The notes: generated by a model from the letters alone, not told the origin. Positions 1 to 12,113 are shown, counted from the stretch's first letter. The stretch is DNA of 64,000 nucleotides from an uncultured Planctomycetota bacterium (GCA_963845755.1 CAWJTV010000030.1:96001-160000), one strand, 5' to 3'. Program-made: numbers and translations.

Positions 1-254
1 GGTCGATCCCGATCGCCGCGGCGCCCCGGAAGCCGCCCTCCCTATTTCAGTTGGTCATCCGGACTTGGAGAAACACCGGGGCGCTGCGCGACCGTGATTC
101 ACCGAAGAACCCGCCGGACCGAGTCTCGATCCGTTCCTTCCCGACGGCGCGGCGCCACGCTTACACCTCTCTCCATCGACGCCGGCGCCGAAGCGACTTC
201 ACGCCGGTGGTGAAGATAGGCAAGACAGGGTATCGAGGAGAGCGAAAGAACGGG

Positions 255-617
255 TTAAGCCGTGGGAAGCGGACGGAGGGAGGCGAGGGCCTGGGGCTCA
301 TCCTCGGCGATGGTGAAGAAGCGGTCGAGTCTCGTCATGGCCAGGAGGTCGCGCACGATCGGCTGGATGTGGAAGAAGACAATCTTCCCCCCCCGGGCCT
401 CCATGCGACGCTTCAATCCGACGAGCATGGCCACTCCCGAACTGGAGAGGTAATCGACTTTCTGGAGATCGACCACGAAGTACGGTTCGGTCCGGGTCTG
501 CACGAGCTCGTATAGTGCATCGCGCAGTGTGTTATTACGGAAGTCATTGAGCCCGGCTGCCGTCTCGAACTGGACAACCAAGACGTCGGACTCGGCGCGA
601 GTGGTGAAGCTTCCCAT
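255..617 (-). CDS. STAS-domain anti-sigma factor antagonist
   Basis: MGSFTT... start at 617; 'VVDLQKVDYLSSSGVAMLV' STAS signature with phosphorylatable Ser. Confidence 0.85.
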   Translation of the reverse strand: MGSFTTRAESDVLVVQFETAAGLNDFRNNTLRDALYELVQTRTEPYFVVDLQKVDYLSSSGVAMLVGLKRRMEARGGKIVFFHIQPIVRDLLAMTRLDRFFTIAEDEPQALASLRPLPTA

Positions 618-1020
618 GACGTGGAGAATTCCTCCGGAGGTCTCCGGTGGGCCGACCGGCAGGGACCTGTCGGGACTCGCCCCGGATCCGACGCCCATCT
701 CGGGATCAACCGATGGACGCCGACGCGTGCCTCCGGATGGGCGAATTCCCCGGCGATGAGGACCCGCGATGCATGTGGTCGGGATCGACCAGTCTTACCA
801 ACCACTTCCATCATATCGCGCCGATCCCCTGAGATGCAATTCGATCGGAACGCGCGCTGCGACATGGCGACGTGAATGGAGGGGTCGCGCCGGATCGGTC
901 GTCGATCCTCGGTCGGGACGCGGGATCGTTTGCAATGAGGCCGTTGCTCGGTAAACTGAAGAACCAGTGCGGCTTCTGCAAGCCGCTCCGCCGTATCCCC
1001 GCATCGACGAGGTGCAAAAC

Positions 1021-1497
1021 TTGAACCGACTTGTCCTGGCACTACGGGCGTTCTGGAATATCCTCACGGTATCCGAGTTCGCGGCGCGGGCCGAAGCCCT
1101 GTTCCTCAGGACGCCGACGGGCCCGGACCTGCGGGTCCTGGCGGTCTTGCAGCGGGACGGCCGGCTGATCGATTTCCTGGAAGAGGATCTCGACGCTTAC
1201 AGCGATGCCCAGATCGGCGCGGCGGTCCGCGACATCCATCGGGGTTGTCGGAAGTCTCTCCGCGACTATCTGACGATCGAGCCGATCATTGAGGGAGCCG
1301 AGGAACAGAACGTGATGGTGCCGAAGGACTTCGACCCGGCTGCGATCCGACTCGTCGGAAACGTGAACGGGTCCCCGCCGTTCCAGGGGGTCCTCAAGCA
1401 TCACGGCTGGCGCGTCCGGTCGGTCCACCTGCCTCTTCTTCCGGTGGCGCGCGACGACTCCTCGATCCTATCGCCCGCGGAGGTCGAGATCTCCTGA
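1021..1497 (+). CDS. DUF2760 domain protein
   Basis: 'LAVLQRDGRLIDFLEEDL...DAQIGAAVRDIHRGC...GVLKHHGW' motifs; sits upstream of an Hsp70-like gene; TTG start at 1021 after GAGGTG is inferred. Confidence 0.8.
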   Translation: MNRLVLALRAFWNILTVSEFAARAEALFLRTPTGPDLRVLAVLQRDGRLIDFLEEDLDAYSDAQIGAAVRDIHRGCRKSLRDYLTIEPIIEGAEEQNVMVPKDFDPAAIRLVGNVNGSPPFQGVLKHHGWRVRSVHLPLLPVARDDSSILSPAEVEIS

Positions 1498-1524
1498 CTG
1501 GATCGTGAGTTACGTGTCGCCAGC

Positions 1525-1591
1525 GACAGGGTGGGTATAACCCGCCGGGCTTCATCGGTTCTCTGGATCTGGTGGGTTTCACCCACGCTAC
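1525..1591. repeat. Degenerate GTAG-type REP doublet (copy of 21877-21941)
   Basis: AGGGTGGGTATAACCCGCC ... GGTGGGTTTCACCCACGCTAC, followed by GAATCTTCGTACCG as in the 21.9-kb copy. Confidence 0.7.
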
Positions 1592-1636
1592 GAATCTTCG
1601 TACCGCGGTAGCATTTAAAGGACAAAGAAACACGGT

Positions 1637-3451
1637 ATGTCTCGCCACGTGGTTGGAATTGACCTGGGGACGACGAACTGTGCACTGGCCTTTGCCGAGG
1701 CCAGCCCGACCGGGTCCGATGAGCCGGGACCGATTGCGAACCTGCCCATCCCGCAGGTCGTGGCGGTCAATGATGTGGCGGATCGGCCGTTGTTGCCGTC
1801 GTTCCTGTATCTGCCGGCTTCGAAGGAGTTTCCGGCCGGTGCACTGGATTTGCCCTGGAAGTCGCCGCCGGAGCGGTTGGTGGGATCGTTTGCTCGCGAC
1901 CATGGGGCCAAGGTCCCCGGCCGGCTGGTCAGCTCGGCCAAGAGCTGGCTCTCGCACGCCGGGGTCGATCGACGCTCGGCCATCTTGCCCTGGACGCCTG
2001 CCGAGGATGTGTCGCGGATCTCTCCGGTGACGGCGTCAGCGGCATATCTCGAACACCTGCGCGATGCCTGGAACACACGAATCGCCGGCAAGACGGCGGC
2101 CGACCGGCTCGAGAACCAGGAGGTTTATCTGACCGTGCCGGCCTCGTTCGACGCCGTAGCGCGCGAGTTGACCACGGAGGCGGCGGCGAAGGCCGGTTTG
2201 AGGCAGGTGACCTTACTCGAGGAGCCGCAGGCCGCGTTTTACGCCTGGCTCGCCGCGCAGGGCGAGCGCTGGCGAAAGCAGGTCAAGGTCGGTGAGATCA
2301 TCCTGGTCTGTGATGTCGGCGGAGGAACGACCGACTTCACCTTGATCGCCGTGACTGACGACGGCGGCGACCTGGCCCTGTCCCGGCTCGCCGTGGGAGA
2401 GCATATCCTGCTGGGCGGTGACAACATGGACCTGGCGCTGGCGTACGCGGTCGCCGGCACGCTACCCCAGGGAATGGAAGGGCTGGACCCGGTACAGCGG
2501 GTCGCGCTCGGCTACGCGTGCCGTTCGGCCAAGGAGCTTCTGTTCACCGACCGGAAGAAAAGTGCGGCGCCCGTGACCGTCCTGGGACGAGGCTCCAAGG
2601 TCATCGGCGGCTCGGTCAAGACGGAATTGACCCGGGACATGCTCACGACCGCCCTGCTCGACGGGTTCCTACCGCGATGCGAGCCGACAGAAATGCCGGC
2701 GCGCGGGCGGCGGGTCGGCTTGACGGAGATCGGCCTGCCGTATTCCGCGGACCCGGCGATTACCCGCCACCTCGCTCGGTTCCTGAGCCAGCAGGCGGGC
2801 TCGCTTCATACGAGTGGATCGCTCGTCTTGCCGTCGGCGGTGCTGTTCAACGGCGGGGTCTTCAAGGCCGCCGAGCTGCGGCAGCGCGTGCTCGATGTGC
2901 TGTCGCAATGGGCCGGTCGTGCGGTTCCCGAACTGGAGTCCGCCGATCTCGACCTGGCGGTGGCGCACGGCGCCGCCTATTACGGTCTGGTCGGCAAGGG
3001 GAAGGGTGTACGGATCCGTGGTGGCGTGGGGCGCTCTTATTATGTAGGCCTGGAGACCGCGGCGCCGGCCGTGCCCGGGATCGCTCCTCCGATCAAGGCC
3101 CTCTGCGTCGTGCCCATGGGCATGGAGGAAGGGACCGAGGCGGATGTCCCGGGTCCGGAACTCGGGCTGGTGGTCGGCGAGCCCGCCGAATTCCGTTTTC
3201 TCGGCTCAACGACCCGCCGCGACGATCCGGTCGGGACGATCCTCGAGCGCTGGAATGCCGATGAGCTTCAAGAGATGGCCCCGCTGGAGACCGCCCTGGC
3301 CGCGGAGGACGGTCGCTCGGGAGAAACCGTACCGGTCCGACTTCATGCCCACGTCACCGAGATTGGGACGCTCGACCTCTGGTGCCGCAGCACGCGCGAC
3401 GATCGACGGTGGAAGCTGGAATTCAATGTGCGAATCCCGGCGGACGATTGA
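1637..3451 (+). CDS. Hsp70-family protein (atypical DnaK-like)
   Basis: 'GIDLGTTN', 'TVPASFD', 'EEPQAA', 'DVGGGTTD', 'LGGDNMD' actin/Hsp70 ATPase motifs; non-canonical C-terminus. Confidence 0.9.
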   Translation: MSRHVVGIDLGTTNCALAFAEASPTGSDEPGPIANLPIPQVVAVNDVADRPLLPSFLYLPASKEFPAGALDLPWKSPPERLVGSFARDHGAKVPGRLVSSAKSWLSHAGVDRRSAILPWTPAEDVSRISPVTASAAYLEHLRDAWNTRIAGKTAADRLENQEVYLTVPASFDAVARELTTEAAAKAGLRQVTLLEEPQAAFYAWLAAQGERWRKQVKVGEIILVCDVGGGTTDFTLIAVTDDGGDLALSRLAVGEHILLGGDNMDLALAYAVAGTLPQGMEGLDPVQRVALGYACRSAKELLFTDRKKSAAPVTVLGRGSKVIGGSVKTELTRDMLTTALLDGFLPRCEPTEMPARGRRVGLTEIGLPYSADPAITRHLARFLSQQAGSLHTSGSLVLPSAVLFNGGVFKAAELRQRVLDVLSQWAGRAVPELESADLDLAVAHGAAYYGLVGKGKGVRIRGGVGRSYYVGLETAAPAVPGIAPPIKALCVVPMGMEEGTEADVPGPELGLVVGEPAEFRFLGSTTRRDDPVGTILERWNADELQEMAPLETALAAEDGRSGETVPVRLHAHVTEIGTLDLWCRSTRDDRRWKLEFNVRIPADD

Positions 3452-3502
3452 TGGGGATGTGGCGCGGCCGTCGCCATCGAGTCGGCCCTCGAGGGAATTG
3501 CC

Positions 3503-4018
3503 ATGAGCGATGAGTCGATCTTGACAGTCGATGGTGCAGTCGAGCGTCGCTTGCAGCTCACTCGCGCCGATCTAGATGCGTTCCCCGAGGCGATGCACGT
3601 GCGCGACGTGTCGCGCATCCATCCCCAGCGCCAGGGGGATGGGGTTGAGCTCGAGGCGATCCTCGATCGGGCGGGGGTCCTTCCCGAGGCGAACTACCTG
3701 ACGCTCCACGCGGATCGCGACGACTTCCACGTGTCGATCCCACTGCAACCGGTACGGGATCAGGGGATCGTCGTCTACCGCCTGGGCGATGGCCCGCTGG
3801 GCACCGATCGGGGCGGTCCCGTCCGGTTTCTCGTACGGGACCCGACGGCTTGCCACACGGGCGAGCTGGACGAGTGCGCCAATGTCAAATACCTGAGCCG
3901 GATCGAGGTGACGACGCGTCGGGGACGCGACACACGACCGGCCAGCGAGGACGACCACGCCGCGCTCCACCGTGCTCAGGAGTCATCGGCCGGGGCGAGA
4001 GGGAAGGGGTCGCCCTGA
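3503..4018 (+). CDS. Molybdopterin-dependent oxidoreductase-like domain protein
   Basis: 'LTVDGAVER', 'GVELEAIL', 'GGPVRFLV', 'NVKYLSRIEV' resemble the Oxidored_molyb domain. Confidence 0.65.
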   Translation: MSDESILTVDGAVERRLQLTRADLDAFPEAMHVRDVSRIHPQRQGDGVELEAILDRAGVLPEANYLTLHADRDDFHVSIPLQPVRDQGIVVYRLGDGPLGTDRGGPVRFLVRDPTACHTGELDECANVKYLSRIEVTTRRGRDTRPASEDDHAALHRAQESSAGARGKGSP

Positions 4019-4180
4019 CGCCGCCCCCGGTCGCGATCGGGAAGGAATTCACGATTTTCGACTCAACAACCGGGGAGCATTCCGTCGAAATGGGAAATCC
4101 TGATGGTTGGAGCTTGAAACAGGAATTCCCGTGATGGAGACGTCGCAGGCCGCTAGCGGAGAAAGGCCCGCCTGCGCCTC

Positions 4181-4713
4181 TCAGAGGCGCCATCCGAGCA
4201 ACTCGAAAAACTTCCAGCTCAGGACGAGGATCGTCACGGCGCCCGAGCCGACGGCGGCGACGAGCACGCCCGCGGCAGCGATCTCGCGAGCGGCCTTCAG
4301 GCGCGGCTGTTCCGGGTCGCCGATGGCCCTTGCCAGGGTGTCGACGGCGCGTATGCGCCAGCTCCGCGACGAGGACGAGGCAGGCGCCGAGCAGGATCAG
4401 ACACCAGCTCCACTGGTTGATCCCCAGAAGCGCAGCGGTGATCGCGATCAAGGTGCCTCGGTAGAAGTGCGCGAAGAAGCTGGAGTCGCCTCGGATCGCC
4501 GACTTGAGCCCGCGCGCAACCGGCGGCCAACTTGCGACGGGCGTTGCGACGGTCTGCCTGAGCGGCCGGCTCAGGCGTCATCGCAAACTCGCCCTCCGGA
4601 TCGTCGAGCAGGTCGAAGGGATTCGAGTGCGGTTCGGCCTGCGCGCCGGGGCGTGGTCCGCCCGGCTCACGCCGTCGCTCGATGTCCCGGGCTCTGAGGG
4701 TCGGATCGTTCAT
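4181..4713 (-). CDS. dgkA: Diacylglycerol kinase family protein (frameshifted in this sequence)
   Basis: Fragments in different frames: 'IRGDSSFFAHF', 'CLVLVAEL', 'AAAGVLVAAV'; three hydrophobic segments. Confidence 0.65.
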
Positions 4714-4719
4714 GGTCCA

Positions 4720-7700
4720 TCACTCGGTTGGGGCGAACCGCGTGTCGAACGAGTTCAAGGCGGCGTTCGAACCCATGCGGATGGCAGGACTGATCCGCGG
4801 CGTCATCTGCACCGCGAACTGATAACTCATACGCTGGGGATCGACCGAGAGGCCGATCGTGGTGAGATAATCCGCGCCGATCCGGGTGAACGTGAACATC
4901 GTGCCCAGGTCGGTGGCATCGCCGAAGTCATACGAAGTGGCGAACGTACCATACCACTTCGGGCTGAGCCAATAGCTGATCGAGGTGTTCATGGCCGAGG
5001 TGTGGATCGGCCCCGAGTCGATGATCGTGTAACCGATGTAGATGTTCGACCGCGGTGGCCTCGCCAGCGAGATGCCCGTCGTGATGATGTTCAACCCATT
5101 GGGATTGTAGCCGGTGTCCAGGCTATAGGGGTAAATGGAACTCGGGAGCGGATTACTGCCAACCAGTTTCCAGAATTCGAACCAGCCCTGGGAGACGATG
5201 CTCGTCCGGTCGCCGAGGTACCACTGATAGTTGTATTGAGTCAAGCCCCACGGCGTGCCGAAATCGTCGTGCGCGGCGGTGGGAAAGAAGGTCGTCGTGG
5301 CGTCGAGGGTCATGTAATCGACGATCCGGCGCCTGCCGATCGGACCCCGCTTGGTCTGGAGCCGTTGATGGATTCCCAGCATGACGGAATTGATGGCGCC
5401 CTGGATGTCGGTCGTACCGGTGATCGGCGAGACCATCTGCCGAAGCATGAGGTGCCGGGGATCGTATGGCATCGGCAGGATACCCCCGGCGAACGTCGTG
5501 ATCGCAAGGTACCGACGAACAGCCTCATAGGTGTTGTCGTCCAGATCGTCCTGGACGGCGATGTTGTTCAGCCGCACGTTGGAGAAAGCGGCACGGGCGT
5601 CGGCGAATAGGCTGATCTTGTGGTTCAGACCGTGGACATTCATGATCTCGCTGAGGACGTGGGGATACTTCTTGTAAAACGTCATCTCGGCTCGCGCACC
5701 GACAGCGCCCCAGGCACGGCCCATCGGCCCATTGGGCAAGCGGCCCAGCGGGCCGCCGCCAATCTGGTCGGTCCATCCGACCAAGGACCCCTGGAGATAC
5801 GGGACCAGCCGGACGGCATTGAAGAATTTCAAGGGCATGTCCAGCTCATGATTGGTGTAGAACCGGCCGGACGAGAAGATCCCCGAGGTGTTGGAAACCG
5901 GGTCATAAGGCATGAAGGCGAACAGGTTCGGGTTGTTGACCATGATGTCGGTCGTGGTCACGGCATAGTCCATTCCCGAATGGTGGTAATACGTGAACCA
6001 GTCGGAGAGCAGCGAGTCGCCCAGCCGATAGTAATCGACCCGAGGCAGCCACTGGGTTTCGGTCTGCCAGTTCATGGGGTTGGCTTCGGTCCAGACGTCG
6101 ATCGCCTGGTTATCCTTCTGGTAGATGCCGTAAGCCAAGGTCTCCTGGTCCATCCCGGTGTCGTGGAGGCGCTTGTAGTATTCCTCCAGGAAGTAGCGGT
6201 CGGTGTAGTAACCGGACTCGAGCTGGAGCCGGAGCTCCTCGAACTTGTGGTCATCGTCATCGGGGAGGAATCGCTGATTGTGCCGGAAATCGTAACGGAG
6301 GCGGTCCTGCTGGAAGGGCGGCGTGCTGGAACGCGTGATTCCCGCCTTGCCCGAACCGGGCGGGCCGTTGGTGACGATGGCATATCCGGTGCCGAGCACG
6401 TCGGTGCCGAAGTCCTTCAGGCCCCAGATGTCGAAATAACCCATGTACTCCTGGGTGATGGTCGGCGGAGCACCGCGATTCTGATGGTACGGGTCGGACA
6501 GGTCGCGGAAGAGATCCTTGCCGAACCAGCCGATCTCACTGCCCAGCGCCGGGAATTCCTTCGTGCGGGCACTGAGATAGTCGAAGTCGATATTCCAGAG
6601 ATCGATCCAGTCGGGCTTCTTGACGCCGATGAAACGAAAACCGTTCCAGTCCGTGAGCAACTGCTGCCCGTAATAGTTGTTGGTTCTGAAGAAGAACTGT
6701 CGGAACGCGGGCTGCTGGTCGTCGATCTCAGTGACGAAACGAGGCCAGTAGAAGGCGGGGATCCCCCCCATGAAGTAGAGATTCTGCCGGGCGTCCACGG
6801 TCCAGATGAGGTCCTCGGGAGGATCGGGATCCCCGGGGTTCGTGAGATGCTGCCCCGTGCTCGGATCGACGGAGGGTCGGCCCGATCGCGTCAGGTCCAT
6901 CGACTTACTCTGGATCTGGTAGCCGGGGTTGGGAAAGCGACTGCCGGTCATCACGGGGTGGTCGATCCGAATCTGGGGATGCGGGGACGGCTTGAAGGTC
7001 CCGTCCGGCTGCTTGATCAGTGGGTGGAATTGCTCCATTCGAGGCGCCCGGATCTTGGCCGGATTGATCAGTCCCGGAGCGAAGAAATCGATCTCGGCAT
7101 CGTGAGCTAGCATCCGATCAGTGAGGAGGTTGTAGTAGGCCCGCGGTGCGCGGATGGTCTTCTGATCGCCCTTGCCGGCCATCTTCCGCTGGTCCTGCCG
7201 GATGACGACGTGTCCCTCGAGATAGACCTCCATGGGCTGCTTGTTGGCGTCGTCGATCCATTCTCCGTTGGGGCCCTGGTAAGGCTGCCCTTTCTCGGGG
7301 TTGGGTCCTCTCCAGATCACCGCCTCATCGGCCTCGATATCGATGATTCCCAGCTTCTCGGCGCGGATGATGATGTTGACGCCTCCACGACACATATAGA
7401 TCTCCGTCCCATCCGGCGTCTTGCCGACGAGCTGGAAATCGAGCGGACGCCCACCCCGGCGATCGAAGGTCGTGATGCGCTGCGTTCCCGGAGTGATGGG
7501 GAGCAGGTCGAACTAGAGGACCAGCGGGCGGGGTGCCGCCCGGCGCCGGCGCCTCCTGATCGGGGACGGGCAGCGCCTCGATGCTGGGCGGCTGGCCCTC
7601 GAGATTCGGCGAAAGATCGGGGACCGGGAGTCCGGGAACCCCGCCCGGCGCCGGCTCGATCGGGGCGAGGTCGATGGCCGGCGGCTGCGCGGTTCCCCCT

Positions 7701-8579
7701 TGCGGCGGCTGCACTGCCGGCGCCTCATCCGGCGGGGGCTGGGCGGCCACACGGTCGGCTTCGTCCGGAGCCGAGCCAGGATTGCGATTCCGCGGCCCCT
7801 GAGCCCGGACCACGAAGGGGTCGACTTTGGGAACGACCAGGTCGGGCCCAGGAGGTTGGCCCGCCGGGTTCGCCTGCTCGAACGCGACGGGCGATAGCGC
7901 CGCAACGGGCCCGGCCGAACGTGTACGCGCGGGTGGTTGTGCCGACGAGGTGCCGGGCGCGGCGGTCGCCGGGCGCAGCCCTTGCGAGGTTCGCGCGACC
8001 GTGTCCGTGGGTATCGGTATCGGCGTCGCACGAGGCAGCAATCCCGACCGCCGGAGAATCGCGAACGAGGGCTGTGTCGCGAGCTCGGTCAATCCCTTGG
8101 AAAGATAGGCCGTCATCTCCACCTTGGGAGCCCGGAATGCCAAGCGTGCGCGCGACACGGCCGGCCCTTCGCGGTGGGTCTCTCGGACCTCGCCCTCGGC
8201 GTAGACCTCAACCTGGTAGAGCGGATCACCACCTGAGGGGAGCGGGACAATGCGAGCGACGGCCTCGCGCGACCGAATGCCGTCGAACGCCCTGGAGGAC
8301 GGCCGATTCGCCCTGGAGGTACAGGTAATACCCGTCGGCGCCAGCCCAGCGCCACACGCGCTGGGCCGAGAACACCACGGAGTCGGTGGGCGTGCTCGGG
8401 CCGGAGGGATCGGGCGCATCCTGGCCGAGCAGGAGGCCCGCGAGCCCAGCCGACAGAATCAGCCCAAACCACACGCCGCGAGGCGGGTAGCGACTGGGTT
8501 GGTCGTCACCTCGCACGGTTCCTCCCAACGAACGGCCTGGGGTTTCCGGGCGGACGGCCTTCCCTGGCCGATCCGCCAT
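4720..8579 (-). CDS. LptD/OstA-like outer-membrane LPS assembly protein (frameshifted)
   Basis: 891-aa aromatic-rich beta-barrel-like ORF 4720-7395 plus upstream Pro-rich and signal-like fragments in other frames; 'EVYLEGHVVIRQDQR' OstA-like segment; start approximate. Confidence 0.6.
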
Positions 8580-8867
8580 CGACCGGCACCCGAATCTCGA
8601 GACTCTACCGACTCGCGACCGCCTCGACATGTGGGCCGCTGGTCGTTTGTCGGTCCGCCTGGTCGCCGGTTCGACCGCACGAATACGACGAGTTCCGGCG
8701 GTCGCCGTACGCGGGCCACGACCGGGTCAGACCAGATTGTCCCGCTCAAGACATGCAAATGACGGGAGCATCGGTGCGGACCATAGCCGGATTGTCCGTC
8801 TCCGTCAAGGGAAAGCCAAGGCCGAGTCTCTTATTGCCGAGGCAAGACATGGCACAGAGACCGACGG

Positions 8868-11800
8868 TCAGGACATCGTGTGTCGCGGCTTCGGATCCTT
8901 GAAGTGCTGCCGCAGCAAGGGGTTCAAGCCGTAGGCCAGGCTCAACAGCTTCATCGGATGGAGCGTTCGTTTGAGCGAGCCCTGCTCCATCTGGATCCGA
9001 CAGGCCCCGCATTCGGTCGCGCCGATGTCGATATCATCGTCGCGCAGTCGCCTCATCAGCCCCCGACCGGCTCGGAGCGAGTTCCGGAAATGGTCGCGCG
9101 CCAAACCATACGTCCCTCCCATTCCGGAGCACCCGCGATCGATGAACTCGACATCGAGGTCCGGGACTGTGCGAAGGAGCTCCATGCCCGGCGTACCGGC
9201 CCCCAAAGCTCGCAGATGGCAGGGCTGGTGGTAGCCGACCCGCGCGTGCAGCGGCTCATGAGGGAGTGGCAACTGCCCGCGCGCTGAGAGGCCCTGAAGG
9301 TACTGCCCGAGATCGAGCGTATGCGCGGCGACGAGATCCGCGTCGAGGTCCTCCGTCAGCTTGACGTATTCGTGGCAGAGCATCAGTGTCGCAGTTGGCT
9401 CGGAACAGACCACGGTGTAGCCGTCGCGCACGGCATTGGCCAGCACGCGGAGGTTGGCCAGGGCCTGCTCGCGCGCCTCATCGATGTCGCCGACGACCAG
9501 GGCCGCCATCCCCGACCCGCGCTGTTGCACGGGAACGAAGACGTTGACTCCGGCGTGGCGGAGGACCGCGACGACCGCTTCGGCGAGTTCCTGGTCGTAA
9601 TAGTTCGCGAAGACGTTAACGAAGTAGGCGACCCGGGGGCCGGGTTGCTGGCGCCGAGGTTTGTGGAGGCCCTGCCGGACGGCCGAACGTGTGAACGACG
9701 TACGCCGGACGCGCGGCAGCACGCGGTATCGCGAGACGCCTAACATTCGTTCCAGCAGGGCTCGAGACCAGCGCTGGGTCATGAGGAAATTGGTCAGGAT
9801 CGGGAACCGCGTGCCCAGGCGAGCCCATAATTCCAGCCGAGAGAAGATCCAATCGCGAGGAGAGAGTCCATGTCGCTCGACACAAGCCGCCTTGGCCTCG
9901 AGCATCAAGCTGGAGACGTCCACGCCGGAGGGGCATTCCGTCCGGCAGAGTTTGCAGTGGATACAGAGGTCGGCGTGGGCTTTCATCTCGTCGGTGCCCC
10001 AGAGCCTCGGATCGACGGCCCCGGTCGCCACCTGCCGGATGAGGTTGGCCTGTGACCGCGGTGTCGCGGCTTCGTGTCGCGAGGCGCGGAAGCTGGGGCA
10101 CATTCGAAACGCGGGGTCGATCGTTCGGCAGGCCCCGCACCCGTGGCAGGCGCTCGCCATCTCCAGCATCTGGAGCTCAGGCCAGATCAGCACGGGCTGC
10201 ACGGCCGATGCGACGGCGAGGACGGGCGTGTCGGCCACGGAGGAGTTGCCAACCGAAGGACCCGGCTCGTTTAGCTCCACCTCGAGGCCACCCGTGGGCG
10301 CCGGAGATGCCGGCGGACGCGTCTCGGCTTCAGGGAGTTCCTCGAGTGCGGGGAGCTTGCGGAAGTTTCGCACCATCAAGTGCGGATCGTCCCCGATGAC
10401 CTTCCCGGGATTGAGCTGGCTCAAAGGATCGAAGGCGTCCTTGATGTCCCGGAACACCTGCACGAGGTCGCCGTACTGATTGCGGAGGAACTGCGTGCGG
10501 AGCAGGCCGCAAGCCTGGGAGCTGGAGATGGTCCCCCTGGAATCGAGCACGATCTCGTAAACGCGCGCCGCCAGGGCCTCCAAGGCATCGCGATCATCCG
10601 GGTTCGACAGGTCCAGGAACGGTCGGACTCGAAGCCGGCCCTCGCCGGCGTAGGCGTCGAGGGTCCAGGTGAGGTTCTGTTGCTGCAACAAGGCCTGCAG
10701 CCTCTGGAGGACGAGCCCGAGTCGATCGGGTGGGACCGCAACATCGTCGAAGACGGAGACCGGTCGACTCGGTCCTCGAAACCGCATCAGGAGGGGCTCG
10801 ACGAGCCGGCGCCAACCGACCATTCGCTCGCAATCGGCCCGCCTGGTAAACACGGAGGGCTCGGAAGACAGCCGGCCCGCTCGTAACGCCCGTTCGCTAA
10901 CGACGCGGACCTTCGCGGAGACCTCGGCGGAATCATGACCCTCGAATTCGACGAGCAAGATGGATTCGGCCGCCTCATCGATGGCGTTGCGGAACAGGAG
11001 ATCGGCGTCCCGAGCCAGGCGGAGCGACCGCCGATCGAGGAGGTCGCAGGATGACGGGGCCAGCATCAGCTCCAGCATTTGCGGGACAAAGGCCGCAGCA
11101 TGGGTGAGTCCCTGGAACGGGATCACTACGACGGCCTGCGCCGCCGGCAACGCGACCGTGCGAAGCATGGCCTGGGTCACCAGCGCGAGCGTCCCTTCGG
11201 AGCCGGCGATCAACCGGCCGAGGTGGATGCCCTCCTCGTTGGCGGCGCGGGCCAGCGCGTAGCCCGCGCGGTCGCGCGGCGCTTCCGACTGTGCACGCCG
11301 GATCCGATTCGACCCCCTCCGATAAAGCGTCTGGAGCTTGCGAACGATCCGGTCTTTCAGGTCCAAAGGCTCCGCCTCGAACGCCGGCCACGGCTCGTAG
11401 CCCAGGTCGGCAACCTCACCGTCGGCGAGGACCACACGAAGGCGATCGACCTGATCTCCTGTCAACCCATAACGCAACGAGCGGCTACCCGCGGCGTCCA
11501 CGGCGATCAAGCCCCCGATCGTGGTCACGTCCGACTCGCGGTGAACCGGCTCCAGCCGTCGGCCGAGTGGCGCCAACTGGGCGTTCAGCAGGTCGGGAAC
11601 GACGCCCGCTTCCACGACGACGTGCTCGTCGCCGGTCGCGATGATCCGGCGCAGATGACGGCTCAGGTCGACCACCAGGCCGGCCCCCAGGGATCCTCCG
11701 CCGGTATCCGTGCCGGCGCCCCGGGCATGAACCGGGATGCGATGCTCCGCCGCATACCGGGCGACCGTGACCACGTCGCCCTCACTCCTCGGGACCACCA

Positions 11801-11930
11801 CACCGAGCGGATCGATCTCATAGACGCTGGCGTCGTGGGCGTAGGGTGCTCGATCCAGGGGCTCAAAATAAAGCTCCCCATCGATGACTCCCCGGAGGTC
11901 GTCATATATCCGAGCCCGGCTCTCGTCCAC
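8868..11930 (-). CDS. FAD-binding and Fe-S-binding oxidoreductase (GlcD/GlcF-like fusion)
   Basis: 'DASVY', 'RGAGT' FAD_binding_4; two CxxCxxC ferredoxin motifs; 'YHQPCH', 'CSGMGGTYG' CCG domains. Confidence 0.9.
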   Translation of the reverse strand: MDESRARIYDDLRGVIDGELYFEPLDRAPYAHDASVYEIDPLGVVVPRSEGDVVTVARYAAEHRIPVHARGAGTDTGGGSLGAGLVVDLSRHLRRIIATGDEHVVVEAGVVPDLLNAQLAPLGRRLEPVHRESDVTTIGGLIAVDAAGSRSLRYGLTGDQVDRLRVVLADGEVADLGYEPWPAFEAEPLDLKDRIVRKLQTLYRRGSNRIRRAQSEAPRDRAGYALARAANEEGIHLGRLIAGSEGTLALVTQAMLRTVALPAAQAVVVIPFQGLTHAAAFVPQMLELMLAPSSCDLLDRRSLRLARDADLLFRNAIDEAAESILLVEFEGHDSAEVSAKVRVVSERALRAGRLSSEPSVFTRRADCERMVGWRRLVEPLLMRFRGPSRPVSVFDDVAVPPDRLGLVLQRLQALLQQQNLTWTLDAYAGEGRLRVRPFLDLSNPDDRDALEALAARVYEIVLDSRGTISSSQACGLLRTQFLRNQYGDLVQVFRDIKDAFDPLSQLNPGKVIGDDPHLMVRNFRKLPALEELPEAETRPPASPAPTGGLEVELNEPGPSVGNSSVADTPVLAVASAVQPVLIWPELQMLEMASACHGCGACRTIDPAFRMCPSFRASRHEAATPRSQANLIRQVATGAVDPRLWGTDEMKAHADLCIHCKLCRTECPSGVDVSSLMLEAKAACVERHGLSPRDWIFSRLELWARLGTRFPILTNFLMTQRWSRALLERMLGVSRYRVLPRVRRTSFTRSAVRQGLHKPRRQQPGPRVAYFVNVFANYYDQELAEAVVAVLRHAGVNVFVPVQQRGSGMAALVVGDIDEAREQALANLRVLANAVRDGYTVVCSEPTATLMLCHEYVKLTEDLDADLVAAHTLDLGQYLQGLSARGQLPLPHEPLHARVGYHQPCHLRALGAGTPGMELLRTVPDLDVEFIDRGCSGMGGTYGLARDHFRNSLRAGRGLMRRLRDDDIDIGATECGACRIQMEQGSLKRTLHPMKLLSLAYGLNPLLRQHFKDPKPRHTMS

Positions 11931-12113
11931 GGCGGTGACCGCACCTCATCGTTAATGGCGAGTTCAATTCGTCCTGTCCGTGGGTTCGTGATCCCGTTGG
12001 TCAGCCTATCAGCGGGGCCGGAAGCCCGCATTCGGCCGGAAGCCCCTCTCACCGAGCCGGTTCCGCTGCTCAGCTCAACGTCCCGGTCAACGCGCCTCGG
12101 GCCCGGCCGCAGG

